The notes beneath the pieces were generated by a model. That model saw only the letters and a program-made list of their open reading frames with translations. It ran no database searches and was not told where the DNA came from. Shown one piece after another: positions 13,642 through 46,780 of a DNA stretch of 64,000 nucleotides. The stretch lies in assembly GCF_009914755.1 (NCBI RefSeq), contig NC_060931.1, one strand, 5' to 3'. Position 1 is the first letter of the stretch, and each line of letters starts with the position of its first letter. The stretch is from the human T2T-CHM13v2.0 reference genome, Homo sapiens. A program made the translations under genes and the position numbers.

Positions 13642-14281
13642 TAATCAACTCTTTAAAATGATAGTCCATTTCAGAACTTGAACAAATATTTACTATACCA
13701 TTTATCGACCCCAAGTTGGGCTTTCCTCCTCTTAAAGAAGTTCAGTGAACTACAAGAATTTGTGGATTAAAAAAAAAAAAATTTAACCCAAAGACTCCTA
13801 GTGACCTTTGCTGGAGCTAACACAGCATCTCTTAATCCAGCTCTAAAGGATGTGAAGAGCTCCAGGCCTGAGGCACCATGCTGTGCAGCAATTTACTTCT
13901 TCATTGCACCAGGCTCATCCCTCATTGCCCACAGCATCCAGGGGTAAACTCGGAACAAAAGATTGCTTACACTTTCATAACTTCAAAAATTACATCACAC
14001 ATGCATGTCCAGTGTTAAACTACAACTGATTACATGTACTGTCTAACGAAATTGTTGAATACTTGCTCTGCTTTTCTCCCTGTTGGCCTTACAATCCCTG
14101 TTTCTAATTTCCTTCCATCCTCGGGTCATAAAACTTTATACCCAGTGGCCTGGCACAAAAGTTTCTTTTCTTGTTTCCCTAATATCCTTAAAGCAGGCAT
14201 TGCAGTCCACTGTACTTCTTCCTTCTATACAAGCTGGAACACCCTGAGTCCTAAGCTTTACTGTGCTTAAGAATGACCCGT

Positions 14282-14531
14282 GGGAGGCTGAGGTGTGTGG
14301 TTCACGAGGTCAGGAGTTCAAGACCAGCCTGGCCAGTATGGTGAAACCCCATCTCTACTAAAAATACAAAAACATTAGCCAGGCGTAGTGGCGGGCGCCT
14401 GCAACCCCAGCTACTTAGGAGGCTGAGGCAGAGAACTGCCTGAACCTGGGAGGCGGAGGTTGTAGTGAGCCAAGATCATGCCACTGCACTCCAGCCTGGG
14501 CAACAGAGTAAGACTCCATCTCAAAAAAAAA
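14282..14531 (+). mobile_element. 5'-truncated AluS
   Basis: Alu consensus; TSD aagaatgac. Confidence 0.85.
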
Positions 14532-15348
14532 GAATGACTCACAAAGCGAATTGGAGACTCCAATGCAGGTGTACCACAAACTACACTTTGATCTATGGTG
14601 TGGCAGATGTCACAGCTGGATCACCCGCACATCCACAAACTATACGTTGAGACCCTCCGCACACTTAGTTGTTATATACATTATTAATAATTCACAAGTG
14701 AACACAACTGTGAATTATTAAAAATTCACAATTCATTCATTCATTCAGGTCGAGGTGGTCTCTTTCACTTCTTAAACTCCCATCCTTTTCCTACACCCAT
14801 GACTTAATATCTCTGAGAATAAGTGAGTTTCTAAATGTCTGAGTTAATAGAAACATTCTTTTTACAAGCAAAACAGACCATTTCCTCAGTAACCCTTCCC
14901 AGAACCACCCATCTTACCACTCTTACCACTACTGATTAAAAAAAAGAAAAACAGGTAGTGCCGATCAAACCAGGCAAGCTGAAGCCCATGGCTCCTGGAC
15001 ACAAATGATGACAGCTGTGACTAAACTCCTAGGCAAGGCTCTTTGATGTGTCTATCTGGCCAATAGGCCTCTACATCTTGAAAGCAAAGTAGCAACATTG
15101 AGAAAAAAAAGGGCCAGGCTGTGAAATGCAAGTTCAAAGCAAGCAGCAAAGTATTAATAGTTGAGCTTCTTTCTGCAAATAAAACACAGAGCTCTAGAGG
15201 CAGCCCCTGCAAAATCAAGAGCAGAACTCCTCAAGGAGTCCTCTCACAAACAGAGAAGTACTCAGAGAGGACATCATTTTATTCACCTCCAACAGTCAAT
15301 TCTTCAAATCTGACTTGATCATTTTATCTTCAAAAAACAGTCAGCACA

Positions 15349-15685
<337 letters not shown>

Positions 15686-16078
15686 CTAAAATCCATTCCC
15701 TGTCTTATTTTCCCATTGCCCCTGCATTCGTTCAAGGTGTCTTCTTTTCTTACCTCCATGACTACAATATCCATCTAATTGCTACAACAGCTGATTGCCT
15801 TCCTTGCCCCTCCACTTCACTATCCACACCAGTCCATTCTCTCAACTGCCCCCAGAGCTTTTTTTTCTAAATCTAACCTTAGAATCTGATCTCATCATGA
15901 CCTTGCTTGAAACCCTTCCAAGGAGGCCTATCCCCAGAAGGATGAAGTCCAAACTCAGTAGCAGGAATGGCCTACAAGGCCTTTCATGATTTGGCTGCCC
16001 GACTACCCTTCCAACTTCATTCTCTGCCATTTCTTCACCACATCTCATGTTAAACCCACACTATTTGCACATCCCTGA

Positions 16079-17850
<1,772 letters not shown>

Positions 17851-19058
17851 GAAGAACTGAGTTCAAAATCAGTTCAAAAGGTTCAATGTTGGGTCACAGG
17901 ATCAGGCAAAAAGCAGAGGCAGAAAGGCCTTAGGAGTGTTCCAAGAACTAGCACTGGACCAGCTGAGAGTCAGAGAGAGTTCACCACTTGGGAACAATGC
18001 AGCCAGTCATGTGGGATGGTGGCACCATGACAGTATCTAGTCAGGACAATGACAGCCCTAGGGATAATGCTGATGAGTTCCTGCTTCAAAAAAGGTCATT
18101 GTCATTCCTTTAGTCCTGATACCTAGAACTATACAAGATTGTTCCCTGCCTCTCCCCAAGCCCCATAACTTGATCTTAAAGGCATTATTGTCAATTAAAG
18201 TAGTCCCAAGTTCTAGAAGCTATTTTTATTCAGCCTCGTCTAATAGGGCTTTCATTTTAAAATAGCTTTATTTTGAATCTATTTACTGTTCCCAGCCCCT
18301 ATCACTTTGTTCTTATAAATATATTCATTCCACATGCATCACTGACAGGCACTGCTAGGAAAGGAAACTAACCCATCTTGGCCACCTTTACACATCAGGT
18401 ACTTATACTAAGGTGATTTCTATATATTACAGTATTGAATCACCACAACAATCCAGTGACGTAGGTATCATTACATATTATTATCCCCAATTAAGACATT
18501 AGGGAAATGAAACGTAGGAAGATTCAGAGAAAGCACAGGAAGGTGAATATGCCCAAGATTTCACATTAAGTAAATGGAATGCAGGATTCAAATTTACCCC
18601 TGTCTGAATCTAAATCTCATTCTCTTTCCATGGCATCATTCTCTCTCCTCTCTAGGCCTTTATAGAGGAAATATAGGCCCAAATAAAATATCAAAATCTC
18701 AGGATGAGATGACAGGCTTGATTAAGAAACCCAGTCACCAAGACCACGCAGTAAGAAATGAAAAAGAAAAAAAATAATAAAATGCTGAGAACCATAGTCT
18801 GCAAAGTGAAAGGAAGAATACCTGGGAGAGCTAGAGTGACCTCCACATGCAAATACACCCTGCAGACAGGAACAGTCTTGATGGGAAGAGCAAACTCCCT
18901 AAATGGTCGGTTGTAACTTTCCTACTAGTTGAAAAGTCAGGAAAAGCCTTGTGTGCTAACTCTCTGGACAAGCGCACAAGAATCCAGGGTTGTGACTTCA
19001 AAAAAAAATATGCTGACAAGTCAGAGCTGGCAGAACAAGAGGAGGTCAAGTTGATGAG

Positions 19059-19060
<2 letters not shown>

Positions 19061-19089
<29 letters not shown>
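19061..19089. repeat. (GA)n microsatellite
   Basis: Seen directly. Confidence 0.9.
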
Positions 19090-19092
<3 letters not shown>

Positions 19093-19115
19093 TGTAATCA
19101 AGGAGAACCAACTGA

Positions 19116-19530
<415 letters not shown>

Positions 19531-20399
19531 CAGAGGTCAACAGCTTCTGCCCTAGATCAGAAGTTTACTCACTTTGCTCACTCGGTATAAATCAAGGACC
19601 CTCTCATACCTGGGAATGAGTTTTGTATTCCAGCCTAGAAGTAGAGCCAGTCCCAGTTTGAACTTTTTGCCTTTCTGTACTCCCAGTTCTTACCCTTTTG
19701 CTGAGCCTAGGACACATGCAAGGCCTGCCCTTCTTAATCCAGATTTTTGAGTCTTAATCCCAATTTTTCCTATAGTTTCCCATACACTCCATGGCAGCTT
19801 AGAGTAGGCTGAAAACTGCTGAACTGTTTAAGACTTAATCCTTCAGAGTAACATGGCAGAAGTAGCACACTTTTTTAACATAAAGCTGTTCAGGACTCTA
19901 TTACAGAAGAGGCTATACTTCCTTAATTACATTCTATTCTACAGCCACCTCAAAATAACTAGTGAACACGTTCAACCAGGATCATTGGCAACAGCCAATG
20001 GGCACAGTGATCTGGAAATGGTCTAGCCAAGCTGTTTGGGCTGTAGACCATGGCATTCCTAAGAGCAAAATAGGCAAGGAGTCCATTAATATTTCACTTG
20101 ACTTATGTCACCATGGAAACCCCTGGAGTAGTGAATGGCTTTGGGGAGTGGTCAGATTCAACCAAAAATAACAGAAATCTCTGTCCCCCAGGTAAAGGAT
20201 TCCTACTTTGTGTGTGTCTGTGTGTGCACACAGGCACACTCGAGAGACTTTTGGCATTCTTTGAAGTCACTGGAGGGGCACAGAGATAAACCCACTCAGC
20301 CTTGGCCTCCAAGACTAACAGAACACAACGTTTCCCTGAAAGAATAAAAAAAAAAATACAGGCATAAGAAAACACACAAACATGGGCTTAGAGATTTAA

Positions 20400-20401
<2 letters not shown>

Positions 20402-20442
<41 letters not shown>
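20402..20442. repeat. (CA)~20 microsatellite, ~1 kb upstream of the ARHGEF5 start
   Basis: Seen directly. Confidence 0.95.
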
Positions 20443-20444
<2 letters not shown>

Positions 20445-20721
20445 CCCTAGAAGGAACATACACCCTGAGATACGCACTCATTCTAAAATAAACTCGGGAA
20501 TACAGAAGGACACGGGCATGTCCTTTCAGAGAGGCACACTTCTAGGCCCTAAGTAGGAGAAGGAAGAGGGGAGAGGAAGAGGCAGGGAGAGGGACAGGGA
20601 GGGGGGAGGAGGGAGGGAGAGAGAGAGAGAAACGAAGAAGGGGGCGGAGGAGGAGATGGAGGAGACACTCTTTATTCTATAGGAGGAGACATCACGGAAG
20701 AGAAATCAACACTGAGGCCTT

Positions 20722-21009
20722 GGCCGGGCGCGGTGGCTCACGCCTGTAATCCCAGCACTTTGGGAGGCCGAGGCGGGTGCATCACCTGAGGTCAGGAGTT
20801 TCCAGACCAGCCTGGCCAACATGGCGAAACCCGGCCTCTACTAAAAAATACAAAAATTAGCCGGGCATGGTGGCGCGGACCTGTAATCCCAGCTACTCGG
20901 GAGGCTGAGGCAGGAGAATCTCTTGAACCCGGAGACGGAGGTTGCAGTGAGCCGAGATCGCGCCATTGCACTCCAGCCTGGGCAACAGGGCGAGACTCCG
21001 TCTCAGAAA

Positions 21010-21054
<45 letters not shown>
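20722..21054 (+). mobile_element. AluS with (CAA)n tail, adjoining the CpG island
   Basis: CpG-rich Alu body; ~14 CAA units at 21011-21054. Confidence 0.9.
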
Positions 21055-21149
21055 CGAACAAACCAAAAACCAATGAGGCCTGAAGATAAAGACACATGTA
21101 CAACCACGGATGTCAGACTTCCAGAGGCACGGCCAAGGCAAAAGACAAA

Positions 21150-22000
21150 CACATACAGACTGCAGCAGGCAGACAGGCCGGTTCCAGAGTCAGGCTCCGG
21201 TGAAGCTCCGAAGAAACAAACACGCAGGGAGATTTCGGAGGCGTCCGAGGACACCGTGGGGCCCGGCTGGCTCCCTCTGTCTCTGTGCGCGCCCCTTCCC
21301 CGGGTCACCCCGCCTGCGCCCGACCTGCGCCCGCGCACCGCGCCCTCGGGGCTCCCTGGGACAGCCCGCGGCCTGGCCCGTGCGCCCGGGCTCCCCTCCC
21401 CGCCGGCCCGGCACTTCCCAGCTCTGACGCGGGAGCTTCTTTCACACCAATGGGGCTCGCGCGCGGAGGGGCCCTGCCCCTCCTCCGGGAAGGTGTGTCC
21501 CTGTTTCCTCACCTGAAACTTCCTAGGAGAACCCGATCCCTCCCTCCCGTCGGGCGGCCAGGGGCGGGCCGCGGGTGGGGCGGCCGGGCCTGCGCTGGGG
21601 ACGGCTCTGGGGACTGCGGCCGGCGCCGGGACCTGGAGGGGACGCTGGGGCCGAAGCAGCATGTGACACCGACCAGGTGGGTGCCCTCCTCCCGTCTCGG
21701 CCCTGGGCTCCCGGCGGCTGTGGAGCCCGGCGGAGGTGGGGCAGGGACAGGAAGGAAGAGGAAGCCAGGCCTTTCCCAGGGATCAGCCCCCGCTGGGTCC
21801 GGGGCGCAGGCTCCGGAAATGGGGGGGCTGGGCCCGCAGGCAGGGCTCGGGGTGTGTGGCTGAGGACCCTGGTGGGGAAGAGGAGAGGAACTAGAGGAAA
21901 TGTTGTTGCCTACAAGTTTGCTTCCGGTCGGGTCCCGCCTAGGAAATGGGCACCCTGCCCCCAGACGTTCCCCGGGCCAATAATCAGGGCTCTTTCTTCA
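21150..22000. promoter_or_regulatory. CpG-island promoter of ARHGEF5, probably bidirectional
   Basis: Sharp GC/CpG enrichment; GC boxes GGGGCGG within 21561-21583; CCAAT at 21447 and 21977; ETS-like CTTCCGG at 21922; strong donors on both strands. Confidence 0.9.
21560..21676 (+). other. ARHGEF5: ARHGEF5 non-coding exon 1 (5' end approximate)
   Basis: Lies inside the CpG island; donor CAG|GTGGGT at 21676/21677. Exon 2 has only 12 nt of UTR before the ATG, so an upstream exon is needed. The TSS cannot be fixed from sequence. Confidence 0.65.
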
Positions 22001-24931
22001 AAGTAGGCGCCCTGGGGAAAGCTAAGCCATATCAGAAGGAATAACTGAGATTCCCTTTCTAGGCTGTTCCTTACCTGGAGAGGTTTTATCGGCTCCTTTT
22101 CCTTAACCAGGCCGGGGCCTTTCCTTATGTATCTCCATAGGTATTTGCATACTGTGTGAGTCTATGTGTAGCTTCTCTCCGTGTTAACCAAAGCTCCGTA
22201 ACCTGGAACAGTGAATCCTGCCCTGCCCCTCACCCCAGTTCCCTACATATGGGGAGCCTCCTAAAGCTTGATGTGAATCACAACGTTGCATTCTTAGCAA
22301 GGTGGAAAGAAGTTATTTAGAGTTGGGGGCTGAGGTAGGCGTTGGGGTGCTAGAATGCGGACGCAGAGCTCTAGAACCCCTGAGCATCTTTTGCAGTTGC
22401 CTTCCGGCAAGACTACCGGAGGAGAGCCAGTTGTGATACTACGTCATTTCCAGATCTCAGTCCCTTTCTTCCCTTCCTGGATCTTGGGTTCCAAAGACAG
22501 ATTTGCCCTCCTGTCTACCTAGAAGTGAACTCTGGCCAGGACTCTTGTCTGGTTGAGAGAGAAGGGTGTGTCAAACAGATGAGAGAGGGTGGTTTTCCTT
22601 TCGAGCTTCCTCCCTAGCTTGCTCCCCTACTGCACTCCACTGTCTGGCCTTGCATCTTGGGCCTAATCCAGAGGTCCCAGCTCCAGCTAAAAAGCTCTTG
22701 ATGTGGCCTCTGTCTCAGACGTCTTGTTTTATCCACATTTGGAGCATGAAGAAGTTCCTGGCATAGGCCTTAGCAAAATGGGTGTCATTTGTTAACCAAT
22801 CTGTGGGCCTAAAAGTGAAGCCATGGCTAGTGAAGGAGTCCTGGGGAGCTGGGAAGATGGGATGAGGGCGTGTCAGTTCTGGGTGAGACTGATATGCAGG
22901 AGGAATGTATGTCATGGTCCTAGTGGGGAGGAGAGAGAAATCAGGAGGAGTGCAAAGGAATCCCTCTCATCAACAGAATATAGTGATTCTCAATAGAGAG
23001 AAGAGTGTTCATATATTAGAGGTCCTGAGAGTGTATCAGTGCCCTTAACGCGGTCTGTCTGAGGTTCCGTGGCCACGTTACACGTGGTGTCTGTGGGATA
23101 GACAGGAATACGTCATTTGTGGTGTCTGGAGAGGTCAGTCGCTATGTGGTATGGACAGGAATGGAGTCACTCGTAGGGTCTTGGGTTCAACGGGAGCAGC
23201 ATTACTCAAGTGTCAGTGGTGTAGACAAACAGGTGACCAACAGCTCTAGTGTAGACAGGGGCTGGGTCACTCACAGTGTCTGTGGAGTAAGCAGGAGCCG
23301 ATCACTTATAGTGCCTGCAAGGTAGACTGGAACAAAGTCACCCTCAAGGTCTGTGTTAATACACAAACACGTCACTCACACTAATGTTATCTGTGTGGAT
23401 GCCACCAGGACCACAGATGAGATTGTAGAGTGTAAGTCAGCATTGACACTAATAATGTTCTTATATAAACTATCTGGTCTATAAGGCAGTTGGTGTGACA
23501 TTTTCAGACATTAGAGAATAGATAAATGTGTATTACAGCTTTCACTGGCATGGTGGGACTTTCCTGCAATGGATAGAACACACACTGTAGTAGTCAGTGG
23601 TCCAGAAAGCTACCCCTGTTTTGATATCTTTGTAGTATTGAGGGCAGTGATGTCAAACAGTGAATAAAGTTATATATCTATGTGGTGATCTTATTTTAAC
23701 CTCAATATTATTTTAGTGATTTGTAAGTCAGAATATTTGAAATCAACCTTGCTAGAAAATCCAGGAAGCATGGTCCTCAAAAATATATATATGGCACTGA
23801 GTCTCAGTTCAAAGATTTGGCAGTTTGATTGGGGAGGGGTTGTATCCTTGAAATACAGTGTTGTTTCTAGTGACTAGAAATAGACAAGAGCTAAGGTGTT
23901 GGGGGGGGCTCTAGGGAAGATAGTGAGCTCTGTCACACATTATGTTAAAGGGATGACTTGAAGCTTTGCCTCTCAAGAAGTCACACGTGGGTGAGGTTAT
24001 GTGGATGCAGAATGTCTGTGGTCTGAAGCAAGGCCGTATCCCCATAATCCCATGCCCTGGCTTTGCCTGTACACAGATAAACAGTGATTATTCACCCTCA
24101 GTGGAGAAGGAGATGAGGATGTTTGCACTCTAACGTAATGAGCATTGCAAAAAACTCTCTCCTGATGCCTTTACGTGAGTAAGACCATGATTTACAGATT
24201 TCCTTTCACTTTGTCACATTTTAGCTTTGTCATGCCTGATTGCAACGGGATCACTGAGATAGGATCAAGTATAGGGAACGTGGGGTATGTTCTCCCTTTG
24301 CGGTAACTGGTGGCTGAGCAGGTGACCACTGATATTTCCAAATGAAAAAAGACAGTTAGAAACGGTGTCAATGGGCTTGCAGAGGCAGGCATGCACTGTG
24401 CCACTAGATTGGAACAGAAAATGTCCAGGTAGCACATGGTATTTATAGATATACCCTAGATATGGCAGAAACACACTTTTATTTAGAGGCTACTTGTTTT
24501 GAAGACGTGATGGTGTATATGGAGGAGAGGGCCTGAACCATGCAGATGTAAGTGAGGAGAGACTACAGGTTTAGTCCCATGGTCTCCTTAGGCCAAGTTT
24601 CAGAAAGTGTCTTAAAGTAAGCAAGTATATTATTCGATGTGTGGTTGAGAGAACAGGGCCACATCACAGAATCACCCATAGGGATTATAGTATTTTGTAC
24701 TTAAGGGCTAGACATAGGGAGCCAATCGCATATGGTGTCAGTTAACTGGAAAAGGACATAAAAGTCCTTCTGCCTGTGTACAATTATGTCAGACATATCT
24801 CTTTGCCCCATATAGATGGTATCTCTGTCTCTGGGATGGCCAGAATCTTGTCACATACTACTCTGCAGTGTGCTAGGGACCTGCCTGTTTGGTTATGTCA
24901 GGCTCTATTGCAAGAGTTTGTAAGGATGGCT

Positions 24932-24933
<2 letters not shown>

Positions 24934-24983
<50 letters not shown>

Positions 24984-24990
24984 ACACACA
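24934..24990. repeat. (TG)~24 microsatellite followed by (CA)4
   Basis: Seen directly. Confidence 0.95.
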
Positions 24991-25599
24991 GTGGCTAAGC
25001 AGGACAGTATTCTGAGCAGGTGAGTTTTCAGTTTAAGCCTGGACCAGACAAGAAAGGTGCACGGTCAGGTGCAGCATTGGGTCCATAGAATTCTGGGGTC
25101 TTCTCTGGACTGATGGCCTGCCAGCTTTCTTTCAGTAGGACCTCTAAGTGCTTACAGGAGACTTAAGTCAAGCGACTTTGCTTCAGGTTTGCCCATACCA
25201 TTTGCTTAGGAGATTTGAGCAAGGGTCTAGGGTCTTTGACCTTTAGTTTCTTCATCTGTAAATTGAGCAGTTTCTGTGTGTCTCTGAAGGTCCTTCCGGC
25301 TTTATGAATCCTGTGTTTCTCTCTTACACTTATTCTCTGTCTCTCAGGTCAACAGTATTTACCACAGCCACCATTTCTATGACCCTTAAAGATAGCAGTG
25401 TACATTTTTATGTTACCTTATTTAATCTTTACTAGAACTGTGAAGGAATCCTTTTATCTCCTTTTTAAAGATAAGAAAATGGATGTTCAAATAAATTTAA
25501 TGGTTTCTACAATTGTCTTAAAACCAGCAAAGATACCAGAGAGGCACAACCAAACACTGATCCACACTCTTCTAACTCTATATTCTTCCGTCATTCATT

Positions 25600-26240
25600 C
25601 ATACGATACATCTTTGTTGAGGGCCAACTAGGCTTCAGGCAGAGGGGGTTATATGGCAGTGTTTGTCCCTTCATGGTGCTCATAATCTAGCCTGGAAAAT
25701 AGACATTAAATATGACATGACAAGTGCAAGGTGTGTTTGAGGAGAAGCAAAGGATTCTCTGTTGCAAAAGAGGATTCCAGGCAGAGGAGCAGTGTCTACA
25801 AAGGCCTACAGGTGAGAGACACAGAGAGAAGTGAGCTAAAGACACTGAAAGCCAGTGGGAGAGGGGGGGATGGGGGCAGGGACAGATGGTGACAGGTGAA
25901 TAGGCTGCTAGAGAAGAAGGCAGAGCCAGGTTGTGCAGGGAGTATAACCCATGCTGAAGATTTAGATTTCATCTCAAGAGCATTCAGAGGCTGCTGAAGA
26001 ATCTAAGCTAGAACTGGTGCTTTTGAAGCTCACTTAGGTGCTGTATGGAGAAAGGACTGGAATAGCGTGAAATGGGTGGAGGCCAGTGCCCAAGCTGTGG
26101 CCGGGTGCAGTGGCCCGGGCGAGACGGTAGCAGCATGCACCAGTGGAGAGGGATGGGATAGAAGTGGACAGTCTTAAGGGATATTTAGCAGACGAGGTCA
26201 ATAGCACATGGTGATTGATTAGATATGGGGAATCTGGGCC
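25600..26240 (-). mobile_element. L2 fragment (further L2/MIR fragments at ~7900, 15700-16130, 16820-17040, 18330-18630, 26900-28100, 34180-34870, 56370-56880)
   Basis: ttccaggcagaggagcagtgtctacaaaggcc…gctgtatggagaaaggactgga…ggtgattgattagatatgggg, typical L2 3' region. Confidence 0.6.
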
Positions 26241-26255
26241 AGGAGGGAAACAAGA

Positions 26256-27430
26256 ATTTTATTTTATTTTAATTAATTAATTTATTTATTTAGAGACAGA
26301 GTCTCACTCTGTCACCTAGGCTGGAGAGCAGTGATGTGATCTTGGCTCACTGCAGCCTCTGCCTCCTGGGCTCAAGGGATCCTCCCAGGATCCCTCTCCT
26401 GCCTCAGCCTCCCGAGTAGCTGGAACTACAGGCACGTGCCACCATGCTCCACTAATTTTTGTATTTTTTGTGGAGACAGGGTTTCACCAGGTTGTCCAGG
26501 CTGGTCTCAAACTCCTAGATTCAAGCAATCAACCTGCCTCAGCCTCCCAGAGTGTCAGGATTATATATATAAAGTGCATTGGGAAACTCAGTTTTTCATC
26601 TGTAAAATGGGCAGAATAATGGTACCCATCTTATACGATGACTCTTAGATGTATGGCACATACATATTTAAAGAAGCATTTCATTATTTTTAATGACATG
26701 TATGCAGGAAAACCTTAGTGTTTCAGAATGAAAAATAAGAAAAATTAATTTGTTGTGTATAGAGCTCTAAATGTTTAAAGTTCTGTGTAAACTGTTAATC
26801 ATGATTTTAGGAAAAGGTGGGCATATTCCATTGAAGTAAAAGGATCACATTTTATTCTGACCTGAATTTTATTCTTTATGTGAAAAATATTTATTAAACA
26901 CTGAGTATAGGCCACTATTAGGCTAAGTATGGATAATTCAGCAAGTCATAGTTCTTAATCTCATAAATTTTACTATCTATTGGTTGCAATAGAGGGTAAC
27001 TCAAAATACACACATCATTATATAATTATAATTGTATAAATGCTACAAAGGAAAAGTAAAGAGAATTATAGTTGGTAAGTGCTACAAAGAGGGGTACAAT
27101 TTAACCTAGTTAAAAGATCAGGGGAGGCCAGGTGTGGTGGCTTACGCCTATAATCACAACACTTCGGGAGGCCGAGGCGGGTGGATAACGAGGTCAGGAG
27201 ATTGAGACCATCCTGGCCAGAATGGTGAAACCCCGTCTCTACTAAAAGTACAAAAATTAGCTGGGTGTGGTGGCACACACCTATAGTCCCAGCTACTCGG
27301 GAGGCTGAGGCAGGAGAATGGCTTGAACCCGGAGATGGAGGTTGCAATGACCCAAGATTGCACCACGGCACTCCAGCCTGGGTGACAGAGCAAGACTCCA
27401 TCTCAAAAAAAAAAGAAAGAAAAAAAAAGA
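26256..27430. mobile_element. Intron 1 Alus: AluJ (-, 26256-26562) and AluS (+, 27126-27430)
   Basis: Alu consensus. Confidence 0.85.
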
Positions 27431-28825
27431 CTGGAGGAAACTGAAGGGGTAAAACCAGGAAAATGTAATACCACAAGTAACAAGAGAGTATTTCTAACCT
27501 CAGTACTGTCAAATACTGACAAGAACCACCCAAAATGAAGATCCATAAGGTCTTCTTTGGAATTAACAACATGTCGATTGTAGGGAATATTGGCAGAATG
27601 CCGCTATCAAAGCTCAGTTGGAGGCAGGTGGGATGTGAGAGTATGAAGACAGCAGATAAGAGCAACTCCTTCTAGTCATTTGAAAGATGAGAAGAATGTG
27701 GGAATGCTTCCATACCCCAGGGGTTGTTCAGCAGGGATGTTGAAGGTATGAGTGCACAGTGTTCCTGGGGAAGCAGGCAAGAAATGACAGAGCATGGAAA
27801 GGAGGGATACGTCTTTTCCTGACTGAGGGCGGAAGATAGAAAGAGTGGAAATACAGGTTGCTTTGGATCGCAAGAAATTGAGGTGAGAGAAACCCAGTTC
27901 CATCAGTTTCTATTTTCTTTGCAAAATAGGAGATGAGGTGTTCTGCTGGAAGTGAGAAGAAAGGCAGGAAGGTCGAAATCAAAAGACAGGAAGGTCAAAA
28001 GAATTAATGAGAAGAGTTCATATGGATACTGAGGCCAAGGGGAGAGTAAGGTGATGCAGAAAGCACCCTTCTGTGGTCTTCCTTCAAGGTGGTAATGTGT
28101 CTAGTTCAACACTAATCCAATAAGGCTGTTATCATCCCACTTTACAACAGCTGCCTCTAGAATTGGAAACAAAACTGTTAGTTACAATGCTGTAGTAGAC
28201 ACTATGGAAAACAGAAAGATGAGTAAACTCCAAACCCTCTGTAAAGAAGATGAAACCATAGCACCTCACACATTGGCTATCATAGCCTGGCCTATTTTAA
28301 CTGATGTCCACAGCTTAAGAGGAAGACCCTCTCCTGACACTGCTTCTCTGGCCTAATAGATCTGAGGTGTGTCCCTTGCTGTGTCTGGGGGTTATATGAG
28401 GATGAGTCACTCCTAGTGTCCGAAGAGTAGACAGGGAGAGACAGAAGATGACATAATGGAGTCTAGAGAGAACTGACAACTGGGAGCTTCTGGGCACTCT
28501 CTGACAATGGTCCTCTGCTATAATTTAATTGTTCATTATGACCTGTTTCCCTCACAAGACCACAGTCTCCATGACGACAAGATCTTTATCTCATTCACTA
28601 CTGAATGCCCCACACTTAACAGGGTCGCTAGGAAAATATTTATGAAATAAATACATCAATGACAAGTTTTTTAGAGGCTATTGCTTATTTTGTTGAGAAC
28701 CTGTTGTCTCAAAGAATGACCCTAAATGGAACCAAATAAATGCATCACTCTTCTTTTTTATGGTCTCTTCCTCTGATAGGTAAAAGCAGAGTTGTTAGAA
28801 ACATTTGTCTTTGATTCCTCCTTAG

Positions 28826-46223
<17,398 letters not shown>

Positions 46224-46774
46224 GTCTTCTCTGAGAGGAGTTTCGTGAGCTGAAGAACAAGCTGCTCATGGCAAGGGCTGGCCCCAGAACCCTGCAAGAG
46301 AGGCCTTCTGTGGATGGAGAACTAGGCCTTCTCAAAGCTCAAGGACAAAATCCAGCTAACCCAGTCCCTCGGCCCAGGCCTCCTTTCGTGCTTTGTGCTT
46401 GGTGGGGGGGATTTCGAGGGACTTTGCACTGGACTCTGGGAACCTTTCATCATTAAAAAAAGGGGGACCATTGGGGCCTGAGCCAAGGAACTTTCCTTCT
46501 ACTGCCTTATAGTGCTTAAACATTCTCCGCCTCCAGGGTGCAGATTCAGAGCTGGCCAGAGTTTCAGTGATAGCCGTATGTTAAACAGAATCTCACCTCA
46601 GTCTCCTGGAGGGAGATGTTTAAGAGGGGTTAACACATCAGATGGGAGGGTCAGCCCGGTGACCTCTAAGGTATCTTCTAACCTAGAAATTCACCATAAT
46701 TATGGTGCAAGGTCAGTGTGTCTCTGAGATCTATGTCTGTTGGTGGCAATGTGAGGGTGATACTCTCTCACTCT

Positions 46775-46780
46775 AATAAA
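46775..46780 (+). terminator. ARHGEF5 polyadenylation signal (3' UTR 46224 to ~46800)
   Basis: AATAAA followed ~20 nt later by a U-rich tract (tattttcttctc). A weaker ATTAAA lies at 46452. Confidence 0.8.

Noticed and set aside
20923-21516. 197-aa polyQ ORF (and polyC/V/L ORFs on the opposite strand)
   Set aside because: Produced by an Alu (CAA)n tail running into the stop-poor CpG island; the ORF opens at TTG rather than ATG.
23075-23410. CRISPR-like repeat-spacer array
   Set aside because: Human DNA; the units are contiguous degenerate repeats with no conserved repeat/unique spacer alternation and no cas genes.
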